Assembly: GCF_020745735.1 (NCBI RefSeq)
Contig: NW_026867509.1
Location: 1,798,001-1,862,000, forward strand
DNA: 64,000 nucleotides
Reading direction: 5' to 3'
Origin: Hemiscyllium ocellatum
Taxonomy: Eukaryota
Part shown: in pieces, positions 24,916 through 37,056 of the stretch
How the letters are laid out: each line of letters starts with the position of its first letter
How positions within the stretch are numbered: the stretch's first letter is position 1
Program-made: the position numbers and the translations under genes
Notes under the pieces: model-generated
Told to the model about the DNA's origin: nothing
Seen by the model: only the letters and a program-made list of their open reading frames with translations
Databases searched by the model: none

Positions 24916-25289
24916 GATTGGGAAAGAGCAGATAATTCTTCCCCTAAAGGACTTTACTAAACTAGATGTGTCTTTTTTATTATTTAATTAACAAAAAGTA
25001 GTGCTTATTTGGCTATCATTAGACTAATCTTTGTTTATCCCCGAATTCAATGTTTTGCCATTTGCTATTTTAACCCACCCTGCTGAAATGTTACTAATCC
25101 AGTGTCATATCACTACCTCAGCATCCTTTGCTAAATTGCACGATATTTTGTGGTGCAATTCAAGAACTGCACTAAGTATATAAACATGCCTCATTGAGTA
25201 CATAAAGGAGTAACATTTCCATGTTCTGCAGTCATTTCATTTCCTGGCACTTCAGTCACACCTGAAAGTGTCAGTTTTAGTCAGGGATT

Positions 25290-25605
25290 TCATAGATCCC
25301 GTGTAGTGTGAAAAGATGGTAGTAGGCCCAACAAATCCATAGCGACACTGCGAAGAGTAACTCACCCAGGCACATTCCCCTACTCTGTATTTCCCCTGAC
25401 TAGTGCACCGAATCTGCACACCACTGACCACTATGGTCTCATTCATCTCAACTGAACATCTTTGGACTGTGGGAGTAAACCGGTGCACCTGGACGAAACC
25501 CACACAGATACGGGGAGAACGTGAATATTCCACACAGGCAGTAGCTCGATGGTATAATCAAACCCGTGCAACCGTATCACTCACCACTTAGGCAATGAGT
25601 CGCTG
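25290..25605 (-). mobile_element. HE1-like SINE
   Basis: Reverse complement of the 10558 element (tttggactgtgggagtaaaccggtgcacc...acggggagaacgtg). Confidence 0.8.
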
Positions 25606-26249
25606 TACTGTGTTTACACTTTTTCTAACTACCCACATGTTTCTTGTGATCTCGTGAAACAATAACTGGATGAATAGTTTGCTGTGAAACTGGTAAGTAA
25701 TATAGTTATCATTACAAAACACGATCACAGAATTTTCATTTAATACGATTATAAATGACCTTCAGAAAATATTTACTACACTACTCCAGCCTTCAGTAAG
25801 GCAGCAGATTTGATGCGAATATTGATTTCTTTAAGAGCAAAGGACTTCTCTTTTTCATCCACATTCTATTTCGTTCAAAGAGTAGTCAACCGACTTCTGC
25901 AGTGACAATTGTGAAATAATATCGGTCCACATCTTGCAAACCTCCTTACGTTGCACATTTAAGACATTCCCTCGAAGTGATCCGAAAGTCAATATGGACC
26001 TCAGTCTCGTTTGAAGAGATTATATTTCCAACAACGTCATGTCCGTGCTGCATTGGCTATCGGCATTGTATTGTTTTGTAAGTGGTTGAATTATTGATTT
26101 TATATCTTTAAAGTGAGATTTGAAACTTCCACATTATAATTCACGTGAACAAAATAAATTTCAGGTGAGCCACCCGGATCGAGAACAAACAGCATAAAGA
26201 AGGAGAGAACAATGAAGTTATTTGAAAATGTTATTTATTTCTCATAGTT

Positions 26250-26950
26250 TCATGGAAGAATTGACGGTGACATTAGAACTGAATATCAGTTTTCTCGACT
26301 CCGCTCTGAACCTTTTCTTGATTATCAATTAGACACTATTGCAGGAGCTGTGTACTGGGAAGATATTCATCTTCTCTGAAAGGATTTACTGCGGTCATTG
26401 AAATCCAGACCATTTATGTTGAGTTCATCTGGAATATGTACGTACCGATTATTTCCAGCAAAACTGATCTACGGAGTGAGGAAGCTTAGAGAGATAACGA
26501 AGTACAGAAAAATTGATAACTTGTGGTTGCACAGCTCCGGGTCTTTGTGGTTATCATTTCAGAAACATCTCCTTCGGGCTTGGCTGACTGCAATGATATG
26601 TTTGACGATCACATCATTGGAGGACAGAATGAGAAGGAATGACAGAAATGGTGTAGAAATGTGGTCCAGTTGTGGTCGCCCTGCCAGGCACGTGACGTGT
26701 AAAAACTAGACCCGATACCAGAGAATCAGGCATGATATTCAGGATGTTTAAGAGTCTGGAATTGTGTTAGAAATGAACTTCCTTGATGCTGCTCAGTTGA
26801 CTAACTATTCATTTGGCTAGCAGTGCAGTTTTCACCGTGCAGTATCCGGTCTTCAGTTTCTGGCAGCAAATATCCACATAACGTTCAACAGTGAAGGCCA
26901 CCATCAGCCACATAGAACAATTACAATTACAAGAACATTGCAAGAACATG
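26250..26950 (-). pseudogene. GPR139-like pseudogene, 5'-truncated exon 2
   Basis: SMWLMVAFTVERYVDICCQKLKTGYC, FYTSRAW, IVKHIIAVSQARRR, DPELCNH, NGLDFND; several stops and frameshifts. Confidence 0.85.
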
Positions 26951-27105
26951 AAGCTACAGCTAAAATACCGAGTAAATTGTTCTGCTGGAGTGAGCGGCAC
27001 TTAAGCAAAATGGTTCATTCACCTGGTGGGAAGCCATAGTAAAGAAAATGGCTTCCACAGGTTCATTCAATTAGTGATTTCCATTCCTCTCACCTGGTGT
27101 GTCAG

Positions 27106-27395
27106 ATTTCAACCATGGAGTTTCTGTGATACAGCGGGTGTCCTCACTCGCACAGACAGAGGGAGAAAATGCCACTTTAAGCTGCAACCACACTGGCTAT
27201 GGTTATTACTTACTCTGGTACCTTCAGAACCCAGCCAGACTGCCGGAGTTCACTGTCCATTCGTGCTGAAGTGAAGGTGGATTTCGCTCAGATCTGGTTT
27301 TCTGATGCTGTCCAACAGTTGTACTAGTCGTGCTAATTAACTCTCTCTGAGCTTTTGGCACCGGACACTACCGTCAATTAATGAGCAATGCGTCT
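27106..27395 (+). pseudogene. TCR V pseudogene in opposite orientation, no leader exon found
   Basis: SVIQRVSSLAQTEGENATLSCNHTGYGYYLLWYLQNP...LTLSELLAPDTTVN**AMR (YYC decayed to AAT TAA TGA); frameshift and stops. Confidence 0.85.
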
Positions 27396-27434
27396 TACAG
27401 TGAAGCGTCTGAGCAAGAGCCACGTGTAATAACT
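27396..27434 (+). other. Degenerate 23-RSS
   Basis: TACAGTG, 23-nt spacer, GTAATAACT. Confidence 0.7.
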
Positions 27435-27953
27435 GCTGCAGGTTTCTGGGTCACAGCTGCTGCCTGTTGAGAGCTGTTCATAAGAACGTGTCAGATACTG
27501 GCACTTCAGAACATTGATATGAAGGAAAACTTCCGGAGGACAATCACATAAACAGCATTTAACATGCTGCACAACAAATCCCGATTCAAGTATTTGTACT
27601 GGCCGTGTGAATGCCGAATTTGTTGTTGGTTATTTGGGACTCTGTGGGAATTAACCACTTCTGTTCATTGAGTAAATAAAATCTGCAACTGATATGTCAC
27701 TAATCCGGACCATATACACTGTGTTGAAAATAAATAGATCAAATAATTTTCGATTTGAATTCCGGGAGTACAGTACAGAGGGCAACCCAAGAAATCCCTA
27801 AAAGTTACATTAGCCTGATTGATCACTTCCTTACATTAAACATTAACACTTTAAAAACTAAGAAGCCACAATACAACAAAGTAAATAGGGGGTGGGGGGG
27901 GGGGGGGTTATATTCGGGATATTATAAGAATTTAATGAACCGTGATGTTCATG

Positions 27954-28788
27954 TGTAATGGCCCCGGCCAAATCCCTCCCGGGATTTCAAGGGAGCCCAT
28001 ATTCTAACTTTTCTAGTTATTTTGAGCAGATGTACAAATGGATATTCCAGGAGTGACGCAGGTGATCAAAATCCCTCGGGTTTTAAACAGAACAGAATTT
28101 ATTTATGAAACACAAACAAAAGAGAACCGAATGATTTAAACTCTCCGAAATCTCAGCAGACAATGCCAACTTAATCATCCTGTTACAAATGCAGTCGCCA
28201 CAAACACCCTCTTGGGAAAACAGTAAAATAAGACATAGATTCTTACAAGAGAGGGAGAACGCACAGATATTTATCATGAAACTTTGATGTATTGTTGCTG
28301 TTCCTTTGGATTCCCCGGTTTAAACTGACCAGCAGCTCTGAACAGCCAGACTGCTGAAACCAGTAAAGCAGAGGTGAGAGAACTGGCTATATCCTTTCAT
28401 TGTACAAATACTTGTTTTAACAAAAAACTTGAAAGTCTTTTATCTCAGTCAGTATTTGTTAGATATAACCAAATTGGCCCTAGATCCCATACAAAACAAA
28501 CAAACCGGAATCGAAATGTTTTTTGAACCCTGTAATAATAAAAAAATGACAACCTAACCTTGAGAAAGGAGCAGCATCCACAAATGGTAATAATCCGAGA
28601 GGAAAAACACATTTTGTCTTGTTTTCTTAATATTGACTGAATGTAAAAGTCAAACTGAAAAAAAAGCATTCGTGCTTTAAAACATGAGAAGTGCTTTTGG
28701 AAATGAGAACTCAGCAGGACGTGAATAAAAAGCATTTATTTTGAGATTTTGTTAACCCATACTGCAGTGCAATCGTGTTGCAGTTACA
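27954..28788 (-). mobile_element. Solo Gypsy-type LTR
   Basis: TGTAA...TTACA ends; the left part is the reverse complement of the LTR family at 52305-52927 (tcactcctggaatatcc...ttggccggggccattaca); no clear TSD. Confidence 0.55.
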
Positions 28789-29099
28789 TATTCATTCACG
28801 ACTGGAAAACAGTGTCAGTTTCGATATTTCAGGAAGTTGTTTTGTTACAAAGGTTTTTGTTCGTAAATTATTAAAAATCATTTAATAACAAATGTGCATC
28901 ATGTACAGAATGTATTTGATATAAATGGAGCAGAAGAAGCTTCCCCCATGCTGCACCTGTCACTCTCTGATTGTTAAATATTTGCATACATTTCAAATCA
29001 ATGCTTTTTAAAAGATAATTTTGGAATTCCTAGTCTTCTCAGTAGTTTGCACACAATTACCATCTACCCGATTCCACTCACCTTGCCCTATTACAGGAG

Positions 29100-29138
29100 T
29101 GTTTTTGTACGAGACTTCCTCTGGTTTCTGTCACAGTG
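29100..29138 (-). other. 23-RSS
   Basis: CACTGTG (29138-29132), 23-nt spacer, ACAAAAACA (29108-29100). Confidence 0.9.
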
Positions 29139-29671
29139 TCTCTGAGCACGCAGTAATACACTGCGCTGTCAGACAGACGTAGCTCGTCGATGGTGAAATT
29201 CCCCTCACGTTTTGAAATATCCAACGATACGGAAAACCGAGTCCCCACACCTTTGGTTCTGAAAACATAACCGGATTGAAGGATGTAGATCAAGAATGTT
29301 GCAGATTCACCCGTGCCTTGACGGTACAGCTGTATGGAATATGAATTAGCTGCTTTGATTGAATAACTGAAGTTAATGGTTACCGATTCTCGTTCAAACT
29401 GTTTTGTTGTAGTTGGCTCCTGCGAGACCGAATCTGCAGAATTAACACCTGCAGAAATTTCAAAATAAAAGTGAGTTCAGTTTTGAATTATATTTTTATT
29501 CCAATGTGTCACAGAGATAACAGAACATATTGCAAGTACAATGAAAACACTGTTACATGGGAGGTCACCGTGTATATATCAAGGAGAAGTCAACATTTTT
29601 TGCAACTTGGTGAACTTACCAGTGCAGAGAACTGCCGCTATAGTCAATATATAAAATGTAACTGCAGACAT
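29139..29671 (-). CDS. TCR alpha/delta V segment with leader exon (29671-29620) and V exon (29448-29139); open frame but Cys23 and Trp41 are substituted
   Basis: MSAVTFYILTIAAVLCT+G, GTAAGT donor, 171-nt phase-1 intron, TGCAG acceptor; DSVSQEP...VTINFSY...SIQLYRQ...RFSVSLD...LSDSAVYYCVLR. Confidence 0.9.
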
Positions 29672-30596
29672 GTTTGCAGAGTAGTTGGTGGGTTTGAACA
29701 GAAGGAATTGAAACTCAAACGTTTAGGTTAAGGTCGAGGTTTCACAGACGAAGCTGAAGCCGAGTCCTTTCAACTTATATTTGATGTTGAGTTATATCCT
29801 GCCTCAGTGCTAATTGGTTTATTCCTGGTGATCACCAGGTGACACCCAATCTGTTTTTCAATGCAGTCTCCTACGTCACAGATCTTTCTGCAAGAACGCA
29901 GTATCTGAGCTGAAGGAAGCCACTTGGCTCTTCAAGCATGGTCCTCATTGCTGATCTGCCTCACATAAAATTTTCTGCATTATTCACGAATCCGTTTGTT
30001 TGCAGTACTCCCTGTGAGTGTAAAGTAAACTGATGAACAGAGCAAGTATTCGCTTGGTGCACAAAATTTTCAATTCATTTCTAACACTCTGACAGGTTTA
30101 ACTTCTGATTAGTTTTGATGAGGGGTAATACTGAATGATGTTATGTTATCTGTGCTAGGGTCTTCCCTGAAAATATCTGGCCATTGATCATGAAAAATGC
30201 CCGCAGCTGGGAATATTTTATGTAAAATGGCGCATATTCTGAACCTCAGAATAAGCTTCTGCTCGAAATCTAGTCTTTGCTATGTCAAGGTAGATATTTC
30301 TAAAAACACATCAAAAGGATGGGAATGAAAATAGCGAAAATAGCGAAATTGATATAGAGGATAATCCATGATAATATGGCACAACGGACTCAAACAGATG
30401 CGTGGCCTACTCCGAGTCTCTTTGATACCGAATGTATTACCAATGCACAATACAGATCAAATGTCTAATTCAAAGAAAGGGGCGAGAGTGTTTTGCTTGT
30501 TTTAGTTACGCCTGATTGCACCTTTGTATCAGTGTGGACCTGCTTGTACGAGAATTGATTGTCAGAGATAAGAGCACGATCCAATCTCAAAGGAAT

Positions 30597-33500
30597 TGTA
30601 ATGGAAAATTACCAAATTTAACATTTACTACGAAATCTGAAATGTTTTCCGAAATTCAAAACTTTTCTGGCACTTTGCAACTTTGCTGAATGCTGCAGTC
30701 CAGAGACAGCTTGTCTCTGTGGAACTTTGTAAACATTGAAACTGGCCTTGTGACCAGTCAATTTCAGATTTGAGCTAAGGGAAACATAAGAACAGTATGT
30801 CCACGACAAAGGAATGAAAAAATAACAATTTGAGTTTTTTCCAGTCTTTGTCCTTGAGACCGTGATAAAATATGATAAGAAGAATTTCTGAATTATGCTC
30901 AAGTGCCCTTGCATGAGACATTTTTGCCATGTGTATTAGTCCCTCTACATGCAGAGGTTAAAATTATTAAAGTCCTTTTTATTGCTCTTGCGAACTGTTG
31001 AGTCGAGTCAATTTAATTTCCACGACAGTAAACTTGGGGGCTCGTCACTGGACGCTGCGACTGGGTGGGATTCTGAAGATTCCCAGGAGGTGTAGGTGCC
31101 AGCAGCTTGAAGGTCTTTCACTTCATCTCGAGCGCTAAAATGGTCCCTTTACGTGAGAGGACTGGGAATCTATGGATCGCCCCAGCGCCTGAGTTCGAAT
31201 CGAATATGGTCAGGGTAAGAGTCGCGGCCTAAGTAATCCATCACAGAGACGCATTCAAAGTGAATAAATAAAGCAAGAAAAGGTTTCAGTGAACTCTCGC
31301 CATGGTATTTGAGCAAAACCGCAACGGAAGGGGATTGCCCGCTCTAGAATGTTAAGATACAGTGAGTTTATGGGTGGTTTTTGACTTGGAACAAACACTG
31401 CCTGAGTTGGACTCGCAAAGACGTACGGGGTACTTGGTTTCTTGGTTTACAAAAACCAAGACTTTGAGGTGGACGCGCCCAATGCAAGAGGAGACCTTTA
31501 GAGGTCAAAAGTAAGCAAAAGGGAAATGATAACGGTACAGAGAGAGAGAGAGAGAGAGAGACCTGAAAACTTTTCGAGTGACGCGGAAAATGGGCTCTGG
31601 CAAGAGCAAATAAAAAGAGGGTCCACAGAGGACATGTAATGGCCAACCAAAACTACAGTAGAGGCTAAATAATTTCGGTCCAGCGTCTTTAAAGCAGTTA
31701 GAATTGTGAATTAAGGAAGGTGGTTTCTGGAGGGTGGAAGTTTTAGTAAAAGACAGTTAGACATTTTGAGGTCGAAGTTGGAGGAGAGAGAGAAGGTGAA
31801 ATGGAAGGGAAAAATAGAAGTTGTGATTTGGAGTGCTTGTAACGTGTGGAAGGCTGAGGCTGATATCAGACAAAGGATCAAGTAAAAGATAGATCAATTA
31901 CGTGTACAAACATCAGCACACATGCAGACGCGTGGAAAACAACCAATTGAAGCTGTACAGTGTCTGATGTCTGTTTCAGAACCTGACCTTTATGACTGCC
32001 CTCTGAGACTTACAGCCCTCCTCCAAGGTTCGCCTGGCGAAGGTTCCCAGTCGGCAGCTGACACCTCAGGGTCTGCTGAATCACCGGTAGCATCTCGTAC
32101 CCGCAACAGATTAAAGCAAGAAGCCCAAGAGAAGTAATAAATGGCCAGCCGCAAACGTCCATGCCAGAGCAGCCAACCCACAAGTAGAAAAGAACAACGA
32201 TTTTAATGCTTTTGTTCCAGCACTGGCCACCGGCTGTAGGGAATCATTCCCAGTGCGAATGGACACGACCAAAATAGCAATGTGTTGACAACGAGAAGAT
32301 GAAACATCTTCTCGTTTCTTATGCGCCTCACTGAAGTCCATAATGCCCATAGTGGACTGAGACCACCTGAAGACATAACGGTGGCATAAATCACGCTGTA
32401 TGAGGCACATCTGATGAACAGCTTCATCAATGGAATGAAGGATGAAATAGCGAAAAAGATAAAAGACACATGTATTACTTGGGTCACGGGAAAGCTAAAT
32501 TTGATAGAACAATATGCGATACATGCTGAAGGATGAGCGGAAATTGAAGATGGAAGAAGCACATAAAGCTCAGCTTACTATGATGCAGATGGTAGCCCAG
32601 ACGTTGGATGGAGGTGCTGCAGAATAAAGAGAACAGAGGAGGCATTGGCAGCGGTAGATCTCGTGGCAACTATGTTTGCAGAGCAGTGGACCACTGGGCG
32701 AGGCAGTGCCCGCAAAATCAGTCCCAATCGGCCCAGGAGGCTGGGCAGCAGAATGAGAGACAGGGGAAGGCTGAGGTGGAGGTGGGCAGCCCACAAGGTA
32801 CAGGTAACCCTCTTTCCCTTGGCAATGAAGACTCGCTTGTGCTAATCTCTTCTACTAACCTTACGGGCACTGAAAAAAGTCCCAACCCCATATTGAGCGC
32901 TTAGATTGCAGAGCATGGACCATATATTCAGTGCAATGATGATGCATATAAGTCAATGCCTACCTCGATGTTATATGTGGAAAGTACACCAGTTACCTGT
33001 TTTGGAGATACAAGGGCATCCCTGAAATGTTTTGTAGTGACAATGGGACACCAACTGTCAATAATGCCTTACAGCAGATAAGCCATTATTTGTGACTAAT
33101 CATGAGACAACACTGTGCCTACCAGCCAGCGAGCGGTGGGGCAGTGGAAAGAGAAAATGCTACTTTAAAAAATAAATTGACACAATATTGTGAGGAACCA
33201 TAGGTGACATAGAAAAAGAAACTTCCGATTGTGCTTATGTATATAAGATCCAGGAGGAAAGGAAGAGCTAATCTTAGTCCATTTGAGATTTTGTTTGATA
33301 GACCGCCCAATACAGGAATTGACCCAAGACATAAGTTAAGACAGATAACAAGTCACTTTGAGGAATGAACGTTGTGTTACTGTATGAACTCGTTACACTT
33401 TTGTCTGAAATGAAGAATCAAATGAAAGCAGCACTACCCCAACCAGCAAAAGGGAAGCTGCACGATCTAGAAAATGGAGACTGTATGGTAGTGAAAGACT

Positions 33501-33889
33501 TCAGGAGGAAAAACTGGAAAGCGAAGTGGTGGCTGGGACCGTTTCAAATGCTGAAGTCTGCAGTCGAGGGACAGCTTGTCTGTGCAGAAGTTTGTAAACA
33601 TTCAAACTGGCCTTGTGAGCAGTCAATTTCAGATTTGAGCTAAGGAAAATATAAGAACAGCATGTCCACAACAAAGGAATGACAAAATAACAAGTTGAAT
33701 TTTCCCAGTCTTTGTCCTTGAGACCGTAATAAGAATGTTATAAGAAGAGTTTCTGAATTATGCTCAAGTGCTCTTTCACAAAGCAATTTTTCAAAGTGCT
33801 TTGGTCCCTCTGCATGCAGAGGTTAAAAATACTGAAGTTTTTTTTTCTCTTGCTAATAGTTGAGTCGAGTCAATTTAACTTCCACGACA
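30597..33889 (+). mobile_element. Endogenous retrovirus (gamma/epsilon-like), internally deleted
   Basis: 5' LTR TG...CA 30597-31027; partial 3' LTR about 33549-33889; GGAAT direct repeat at 30592-30596 and 33890-33894; tRNA-Pro PBS. Gag (RLTEVHNAHSG, EAHLMNSFINGMK), protease (FGDTRAS) and integrase (DNGT, SGGAVERENATLK, LSPFEILF, WLGPF) remnants. Confidence 0.9.
31035..31046 (+). other. Primer binding site, tRNA-Pro
   Basis: TGGGGGCTCGTC equals the first 12 nt of the canonical tRNA-Pro PBS (TGGGGGCTCGTCCGGGAT). Confidence 0.85.
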
Positions 33890-34499
33890 GGAATCATTTT
33901 CCTTTCTTCATCCACGTTAGTGGAAAACCGATCTCAGAAGTCTGAACACTCATCAACATGTTCTTTTACGAATCTCCTCAGTAAATATTTCGTACCTTAT
34001 CTGGCATATTGAACGTGCCTGAAGATAGTGGGTACACTATATTTTGCCGTGCAAGTGGAATTTAATGTTACAGTATTTCCTTAGTGAATGAATATGTTGC
34101 AGACTTCAATCTTTCCCATTCGTTCCTGTATGAAATAGGTAGAATGCATCAACAGTATACGAATAAATATGATCAGTGAAACGCAAAATGGAGTTTTTTG
34201 TTCTGACTCACTGGATTGCACAACAATTACTGTTGGTAACGAAGCCAGCGTGTATATCGTATTGGTTTGGTTGTATACATCACACTTCTATTTTTACGCT
34301 TCAGGCATTTCACCAGTGACTCAACCCAGATTAGAGACAGTTTTCGCTTCCTCAGAGATTAAGAGGAGTTTCTTCGCTTGGCAACTGACTGGTATCAACG
34401 ATTTTACGTCATCTGCGGACCAATCACTATTACTTGAGGAGTCTATCCTCTATATGGTTTTCTTCTGGTTCCTCTTATTTTGTGCTGTCTCCCATTTCG

Positions 34500-35160
34500 A
34501 GTGAAGTGGAGAAAGGTGAAGACAGGTAAATGGTAAATGGGAGAAATGAATTTGGTTGTTGTCAGGCAGCAGTGGAAGTGTTAGGGAGGGGCTGGGAAGG
34601 GAGACGGGTGGACGAGAGGCAAGGTATTTACAATTGGATAAGTCAATTTGAGTCTTCTGGACTCTAAACTGCATGGCGGAAGATGACGTGTTGTTCCTCT
34701 AATTTGTTCTGTCGTTTGTTTTGGTTGTGGAGGAGGTCAAGGAAGGTCATGTCATGTCAGACAGAGACTGGTTGGGGGACTTGTAATGGGTGGTGACTGG
34801 AAGGTTCAGCCAGTGCCTGAGGACCTAGCTGCAATGCTCGTTGAACTATTACCTATAACTTTATGATTGGTTTCCCCATTATAGATAAGACCACACTGGT
34901 ACCACCTGATGCAGTTAACTAGATTGGAAGAGAGACATGTGAACCCCTGTGTCATCTGGATGGACTGTTTTGGATACTGTTAGGTTTCACATCTTTTACA
35001 TTTAAATGGTAAGGGACATGGGTGTTTGGGGTTTGGTGGGGAGAGTTGCACAAGCTAAGATTGTCCCAGACTTTACGTTCACCCTGTTCTAAGCAAGAGA
35101 GGATGAAAGAAACCCCACGAACCACGACTGTCTCGCATGGGCCATTGAGATCATGAGAGC
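34500..35160 (-). mobile_element. Penelope-like GIY-YIG 3' remnant
   Basis: QCGLIYNGET resembles QCGLLYIGET; flanking sequence matches the Penelope C-terminal region. Confidence 0.65.
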
Positions 35161-35229
35161 CACCAAAACAGCTAGTACTCTTCTTTGACCTCTTTATATA
35201 TTTCCTTAACACCATTTGTCTCTGAATAA

Positions 35230-35945
35230 CCTCTAACGTTATCTGTCTCCCTATTTCCCTCTCTCTTGATTCTTCTTTCTCTCTTACACTATTTCCATCT
35301 CTCTCTCTCTCTGACAGCCCTTCCTTTTGTTTCCTTCCCTTACTGTTTTTCTTTCTTTGTGTGATTCACTGGCAGCCCATTCTTTGGAACCTGTCTCTTT
35401 CTACCTCACGGCCCCGTCTGTTTCTCTCTATTTTCGTCCCTGTCTCTCTGAGTGTGTGTGTGTGTGTGTACGTGTGTGTGTGTGTGTGTGTGTGTGTGTC
35501 CTTGTCACTGTCTCTTTGACCCTGTCTGTTTTTTTTCTTCTCTTTTCGTTGTCTGTCCCTTTTCTTGCTCGTTTTAATGTATCTTCCTCCCGGTCTTTTT
35601 CTTGTACTTTATTTCTTTTTGGTCTCCTTGTCCTTTTTGTCTTCTGCCTTTCTTCTCCTGCCACTTTTCTCTCTGCCTTTTGTCTTCAGTATTTTCCCCT
35701 TTGCCCTGTTACCGCCTGCTCTTCAGTTGGCGATCTGTTTCCCATTATGCCTGTTTTACCTTTTTGCCTTATTCCATCTGTTCACCTTTTCCCTCTAGTT
35801 TTTAATCTCTCCACCATTTCACCCCGCTGTTTTGTTTTATTTTACCCTCAGCCCTTTTTTATTCTCTTCCCTTTTCGTGCCATTTCACTTTTCCCACTCT
35901 GCATTAATCTGCAGCCCACCCAATTGTACTCACCCCACCAATTTG
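35230..35945 (+). repeat. Pyrimidine-rich low-complexity tract with (TC)n and a (TG)n microsatellite (about 35452-35498)
   Basis: Direct inspection. Confidence 0.9.
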
Positions 35946-36724
35946 TGCCCCCAAAATTCTGCAGCCTCCTGTAATATCGATGAAACATTTTGGGTATCAT
36001 GAAAGGCACGAAATAAATAATTTGTTTTTATTCACTAAATTGAGAGTATTACTCTCTTTCAAAAAAGCAATTATAATTTTAAAGCTGTGCATTCAAATGA
36101 AAGGTATCAGATATCAGCGCGAATTCGAGGAACCATTGCAGATCTAGCCTTCAACTTTCCGTTTAACTGACGTACTTTTGCATTCAGTGTCGCTCTGGAC
36201 GTTTTTGTTCATTTCTGAACAATTCATTTATGAGAAAATATCAAAGGTGAAGTTTTCAGAAATATTGATTATGACGATTATGTTACATAACTATTACAGA
36301 AAAATGAATGACGTTGAAGAAAATACCAACATATTTCCTCAATTTTAATCCATTTGAGAGTTAACTTGATCATTAACCTCTGTGCATCACATTCAGTAGT
36401 TTGCACTTTCTTGCATTTATCCTTCAATACTTTTTTTCACTATTATGTCCTCCTGCAAGTATTATTACTATACTTACTTCTTCGATATTGCAGGCTTGCA
36501 AATATATTATTACTTCATCTCCAGCAGCACATCTAAATGTCTTCACTTATGACCATTTTTAACTTTTGTTGATCCATATTTTCTATTGTTTCTTGCCCTC
36601 ATGCCTCACACACTCGGATTTTAGGAGTCCTGAATTAGTAGCAGTGATACTTCAAAATCAGCATAGTGCAGCTCCCATTCTACGCAGCATTTTTGACGAT
36701 TCACTATCTGTTTGTGAAGTATGT

Positions 36725-37056
36725 CCACTTGGTGGAGAGGGAGGTAGCAGTATCACAACTCTTGCAATTCTCACAGTCCTGGTGCGGATTTTGTAGTCTC
36801 CTGTGATTGAAGTGGTGGTAATGTTGCCTTGATCGTCATTTCCTGTGACCGTCATCAGATGCTGAATTGTTTGATTCGGGAGCTGTCTTTGCCAATATAT
36901 TTTCGTAAATGTGATAGGAATGGAACAGGTCATGGACACAATTCTAATTTTACTTCCCACAATCCGCAAAGGAAGTTGTTTTACTCCATCTTCTCCAGTC
37001 AACTCTGCGGAGAACAGAGTGGTAAAAAGCAAGAGGATTCCACATATTTGAAACAT
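36725..37056 (-). pseudogene. Single-exon leader+V TCR pseudogene, paralog of 1256-1592
   Basis: MFQICGILLLFTTLFSAELTG EDGVKQLP...VSMTC...IYWQRQLP; 1-nt deletion in FR3; Cys104 codon is TCC; RSS decayed (CATACT...CAAAAATG). Confidence 0.85.

Larger units (their letters stand above)
7068..26950. repeat. Segmental duplication, copy A
   Basis: Colinear with 45352-~63240, roughly 88-95% identical by eye, with the same order of repeats and genes. Confidence 0.95.

Noticed and set aside
29872-29879. CRE-like TGACGTAG about 200 bp upstream of the V leader
   Set aside because: Only a 6/8 match and expected by chance; not supported as a feature
35327-35974. 215-aa hydrophobic ORF
   Set aside because: Translation of a low-complexity pyrimidine tract and (TG)n; no domain features
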